From positions 601,846 through 665,845 of the forward strand of contig BCKQ01000009.1 in NCBI GenBank assembly GCA_001600695.1: a DNA stretch of 64,000 nt. Direction: 5' to 3'. Each line of letters begins with the position of its first letter. Positions within the stretch are counted from its first letter, which is position 1. The translations under genes and the position numbers were made by a program. This document shows, piece after piece, positions 59,766 through 64,000 of the stretch. The notes under the pieces were generated by a model. That model did not search any database, was not told the DNA's origin, and saw nothing but the letters and a program-made list of their open reading frames with translations. The DNA is from Ascoidea asiatica JCM 7603 (Eukaryota; Fungi; Ascomycota).

Positions 59766-61711
59766 ATGAATACAACCAATGATTTTCCTAATAAAGGTGA
59801 TGCTATTACTCCAAACGAGATAAATAATAATAGTAAAGACAATAACAGTGACAATAATAATAATAACAATAACAATACAAATAACCGTGTTCAAAATACT
59901 ACTCAACAATCAATTCCAGAGTCTAATTCCTCAATTTCCTCAAATTTTTCAAATAATCAATCCTCAATATCTGAAAAAAAAAATAAAATAAATCAAGAAA
60001 ATAGAAATCAAATTGCAGCTGAAATTTTCAAAGAAATTTATGGTGAAAAAAAGAATAATAATAATAATAACAATAATAATAATGAAAATATTGTATTAAA
60101 TCAAGTTAATGAACAAAATCGTCAATTAATTAAAAAACAACAATCAATACAGAGGAAAAAAGCTTTAAAACAACATCAACAATTTAAACAAAATATGAGA
60201 TTATCTAGATTCAGATATACTAATTTATTATATATAATTAATATTTCTTGTCTTTTTATATTACAAATTATTGGAATTTTTTTCTTTTTAAAAGGTTTTC
60301 TATTAAAAAAAAATTCTTCTGGATTTTATTCTAATGAAAATATTATAATTAATAATAATAATAATAATGAAAATGATTTTTTATTCTCTCAAGATTTTAG
60401 TTTATTTAATATATCTATAAATAATCAAAAAAATGAAATTTCAAATTCAAATATTTATCAAAATACAAAACAATTTGATAAAATGTTAATTATAATAATA
60501 GATGCTTTAAGATTTGATTTTGTTATTCCAACAAATGATTCAATATCTTTAAAATCTTCTAAATTTTATCATAATAATTTTCCAATTCTTTATGAAACTT
60601 TTAATAATAATCCTCAAAATTCTTTATTAATTAAATTTATTGCTGATCCTCCAACAACAACTTTACAAAGATTAAAAGGTTTAACAACTGGCTCATTACC
60701 AACTTTTATTGAAGCTGGTTCAAATTTTAATGGTAATGAAATTAATGAAGATAATCTTTTATCTCAATTATTTAATAATAATAAATCAATTTCATTCTTA
60801 GGTGATGATACTTGGATTGCACTTTTTAATAATTATTTAAATCAAAATTTAACTTATCCATATGAAAGTTTAAATGTTTGGGATTTACATTCTGTTGATA
60901 ATGGTATAATTAAACATTTATTTCCTTTATTATCAAAAGATTCAATAAATTTTTTTAATCCATATGATTTTATAAATTTAAATACAACTACTTCATTACC
61001 CTTTTCAAATAATTTTGAAAAAAATTTATTAAAAGATTCAAAAAATTGGGATGTTTTAATTTCTCATTTCTTAGGTTTAGATCATGTTGGTCATAGATAT
61101 GGTCCATCAAATTTTGAAATGATTAAAAAACAAATTCAAATGAATAAAATTATAAAAAATTTAATTGAAAATTTATCAAATGATACTTTATTAGTTTTAA
61201 TGGGTGATCATGGTATGGATTTAAATGGTAATCATGGTGGTGATTCTATAGAAGAATTAGAATCAACTTTATTTTTATATTCAAAAAAATCATTATTTAA
61301 TCATACTTCAAATGATTTAATAACTAGAAATAGTAATTATAATTTAAATAATTTATATGATATTAATAATAATGGTAAAAATTATAGATCCATTAATCAA
61401 ATTGATTTAGTTTCAAGTCTTTCATTACTTTTTGGTATTCCAATTCCATATAATAATCTTGGTTTACCAATTGATGAACTTTTTTTAAATCATTTTAATT
61501 CTGAAATTTATTCAAATTTAAATTCAACTGAATTGGAATTATTAAATTTAATAAACTTACTTAAAGTTGAATATATTTCTTTAAATCAAATACAAAATTA
61601 TAGATTATCAAATACAGAATTAAAAAATGATAAAGAAATTAATGAAAACTTTAAAATGATTATGAATAATTATAATATAATCAAGGATAAACTAGTTAAA
61701 TTTAGTAAATC

Positions 61712-61743
<32 letters not shown>

Positions 61744-63704
61744 TAAGTTTAGAAATTTTGATTAAAGATATAAAAATTTTAATCAAAAATTTCAAAATTT
61801 ATCAAGAAAAATCATTAGAAAAATGTAAAAGACAATGGTCTGAATTTAATATTCCATATCAAATTATTGGAATAGTTTTAATATTTTCATCATTTATAAT
61901 TTTAGTAATAATATCAAAATTAATACCATCAGTAGTAATATCCCAATTAAATGATGAATTTTTATCATCAATAATTTTAATGACATGTTTAATAAGTATA
62001 ATATTTTGTTCAATTTTTTTAGTTTTAAAACCTCCAATAATTGAGTCATTTTTACATTGTTTTATATTAAGTATAGGTATTGGAATTTTTTTTGGATTTT
62101 TAATAACAATTTTTGATAGATATTCATTTTCATGGTTATTTTCTCAAATCACAGATTTTATTAAAGATAAAGATTCAGATTGGAGTTTTACAAATTTTGT
62201 TGTATTGATAATTTCTTCAATAATTTATACATCAAATAGTTTTATAATTTGGGAAGATAAAATTATAAATTTTATTTTAATTTCATATGGATTTTTATTA
62301 CTTTTTTCAACAATTAAAAAATTACTTATAATTAATGAAAAATATGATAAATATATGAAATTTATTACCAATAATAATATTACAAAAGAACAAATTGAAA
62401 ACTTTAAAGAAGATTTAGGATTAAATTCTAAAATTAAATTATTATTAAAAAGATTTAGAGAAGATGAAGATATTACTACATTTCAAAATAAAAGTTTAAA
62501 TTTAGGATTATCAATATATCATTGTATTTCATTTATAATTGTTCAAAGAATTTCAATGATATTTAAAAATTGTCGAGAAGAACAAATAAATTTTAATACA
62601 AAAATGATAAAAAAGACATTAATTGAAAATTGTGAAATAAATATAGAATATTTATCAATTAAAACATTAATTGGATTAATTATAATAATATTTTTTTTCA
62701 AAGCATTTATTAAAAAAATATTTATAAGTAATTTTGAAACACCATCATTTAAAATTTGGTTTCAAACATTTTTTTTAAGAATTTTATATTTTATTGTAAT
62801 TTATTGGTTTTTTGAATATTTAGAAATTAATAATGATTTAAATAAAAATTTTTTTAAAATTTCAGAAAATTTATTAAAATTTTTTAAAATTTGGATTTCA
62901 AGAATTATATTTATAATTTCAATGATTATTGGAATGATTGCATGGTTAAAAGGTCCAATATGTATAAAAGTACTTAGACCAGTTGATGATGAAGAAAAAA
63001 AAAACTTTATTAATAATATTAATAATGGATTTATACCAACGTTTGAGAATAGTGTAATTGGATATGGAAATTTATTTGGATCATCATATTTTTTATTAAT
63101 TTTAAATTTTGTTGCAATTATAATATTATCAAATAAACCATTAGGTGGAATTTTAATTTTAATGTTGGTTATTCAAATTTTTACAATTTTAGAAATTATT
63201 CATATTTTAAATCTTAAAGATAATATGATTGGAATTTTAATATTTCAATTATTAGCATTATCATTTTTTTATTCAAGTGGACATCAAGCAACAATATCTT
63301 CAATTCAATGGGAATTTGGATTTATGTTAAGTGAAAAAATTATATTTCCAATAACACATTTTATTATAATATTAAATAATTTTGGACCATTTATAATTGT
63401 AACATTATCAGTAATATTAATTAAATTTTGGAAAATTAAACCATTAAAAGAAAAACCAATATCTTTACTTTCTAAAATAACAGAAAATAGTTTAACAATA
63501 CTAATGATTCAAACATTATTAACATTAGTTTCAATGATTATGAATACATTTTTTCGAAGGCATTTAATGGTTTTTAAAATTTTTACTCCAAGAATGTTAA
63601 TGAATATGATAATTTTAATAATTATGAATATAATTATAATAACAGTATCCATAGGTATTGGAGGATCAAGATTAATTTATAAAGTGAATCAAATCTTTGG
63701 CTAA
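59766..63704 (+). CDS. GPI13: GPI ethanolamine phosphate transferase 3 (Gpi13/PIG-O)
   Basis: IDALRFDF, ADPPTTTLQRLKGLTTGSLPTF, HFLGLDHVGHRYGP, GDHGM, RRHLMVFKIFTPR. First ATG is 59766; the track start at 59718 is a TTG. Confidence 0.93.
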
Positions 63705-63964
63705 TGAATCATTAAAAAACTGTTATTTTAATTTTATATATATTCCTTTAGGATTTCTTTTTTTACTATTTTTTTTTTAAAATTCTTTTTGATAGATGGA
63801 GTAATAAAACAAAAAATAACTGCAAAAAGTGTAAATCGACACCTTCCCGAATAGGCAATCGCAAAAGACCCACAAAACTGGTTTTGCGCACCGCTGAAAA
63901 TCGGCTGATTTTTTGCGTTCCCGAAAATTTGATTCAATTCCCGCATTTTTTTTTTTGTGGTGTG

Positions 63965-64000
<36 letters not shown>
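63965..64000 (+). repeat. Poly(A) homopolymer of at least 36 nt at the window edge
   Basis: Directly visible; follows a GC-enriched, promoter-like stretch (~63840-63960). Confidence 0.9.

Overview
Very AT-rich budding-yeast (Saccharomycotina) nuclear DNA with poly-Asn/poly-Gln proteins and many microsatellites. The species cannot be determined from the sequence. About 17 genes, in order: truncated GH47 Mnl2-like gene, SHS1, an Stp-like C2H2 factor, intron-containing HSP12 (absent from the ORF track), a Dse2-like Ser/Thr-rich secreted protein, an Rvs167-like BAR-SH3 protein, an ACS-family MFS permease, PAM17, YDJ1, RPL9, AYR1, ECI1, a Bop3-like disordered protein, a small membrane ORF, WOR1/MIT1, RRP12 and GPI13. 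I recognised no tRNA, rRNA, CRISPR or intact transposon, and I cannot demonstrate a new biological system. Best leads: (1) a canonical intron (GTATGT/TACTAAC/TAG) in apparently non-coding DNA within a multi-kb leader upstream of the Bop3-like gene; (2) a gene-poor 5-20 kb block with two decayed minus-strand coding relics that both begin with short peptide repeats; (3) the ~5 kb control region and ATG-free leader of WOR1; (4) a GH47 protein with substituted catalytic motifs; (5) several phased motif arrays in promoters. All homology calls come from remembered motifs, not database searches.
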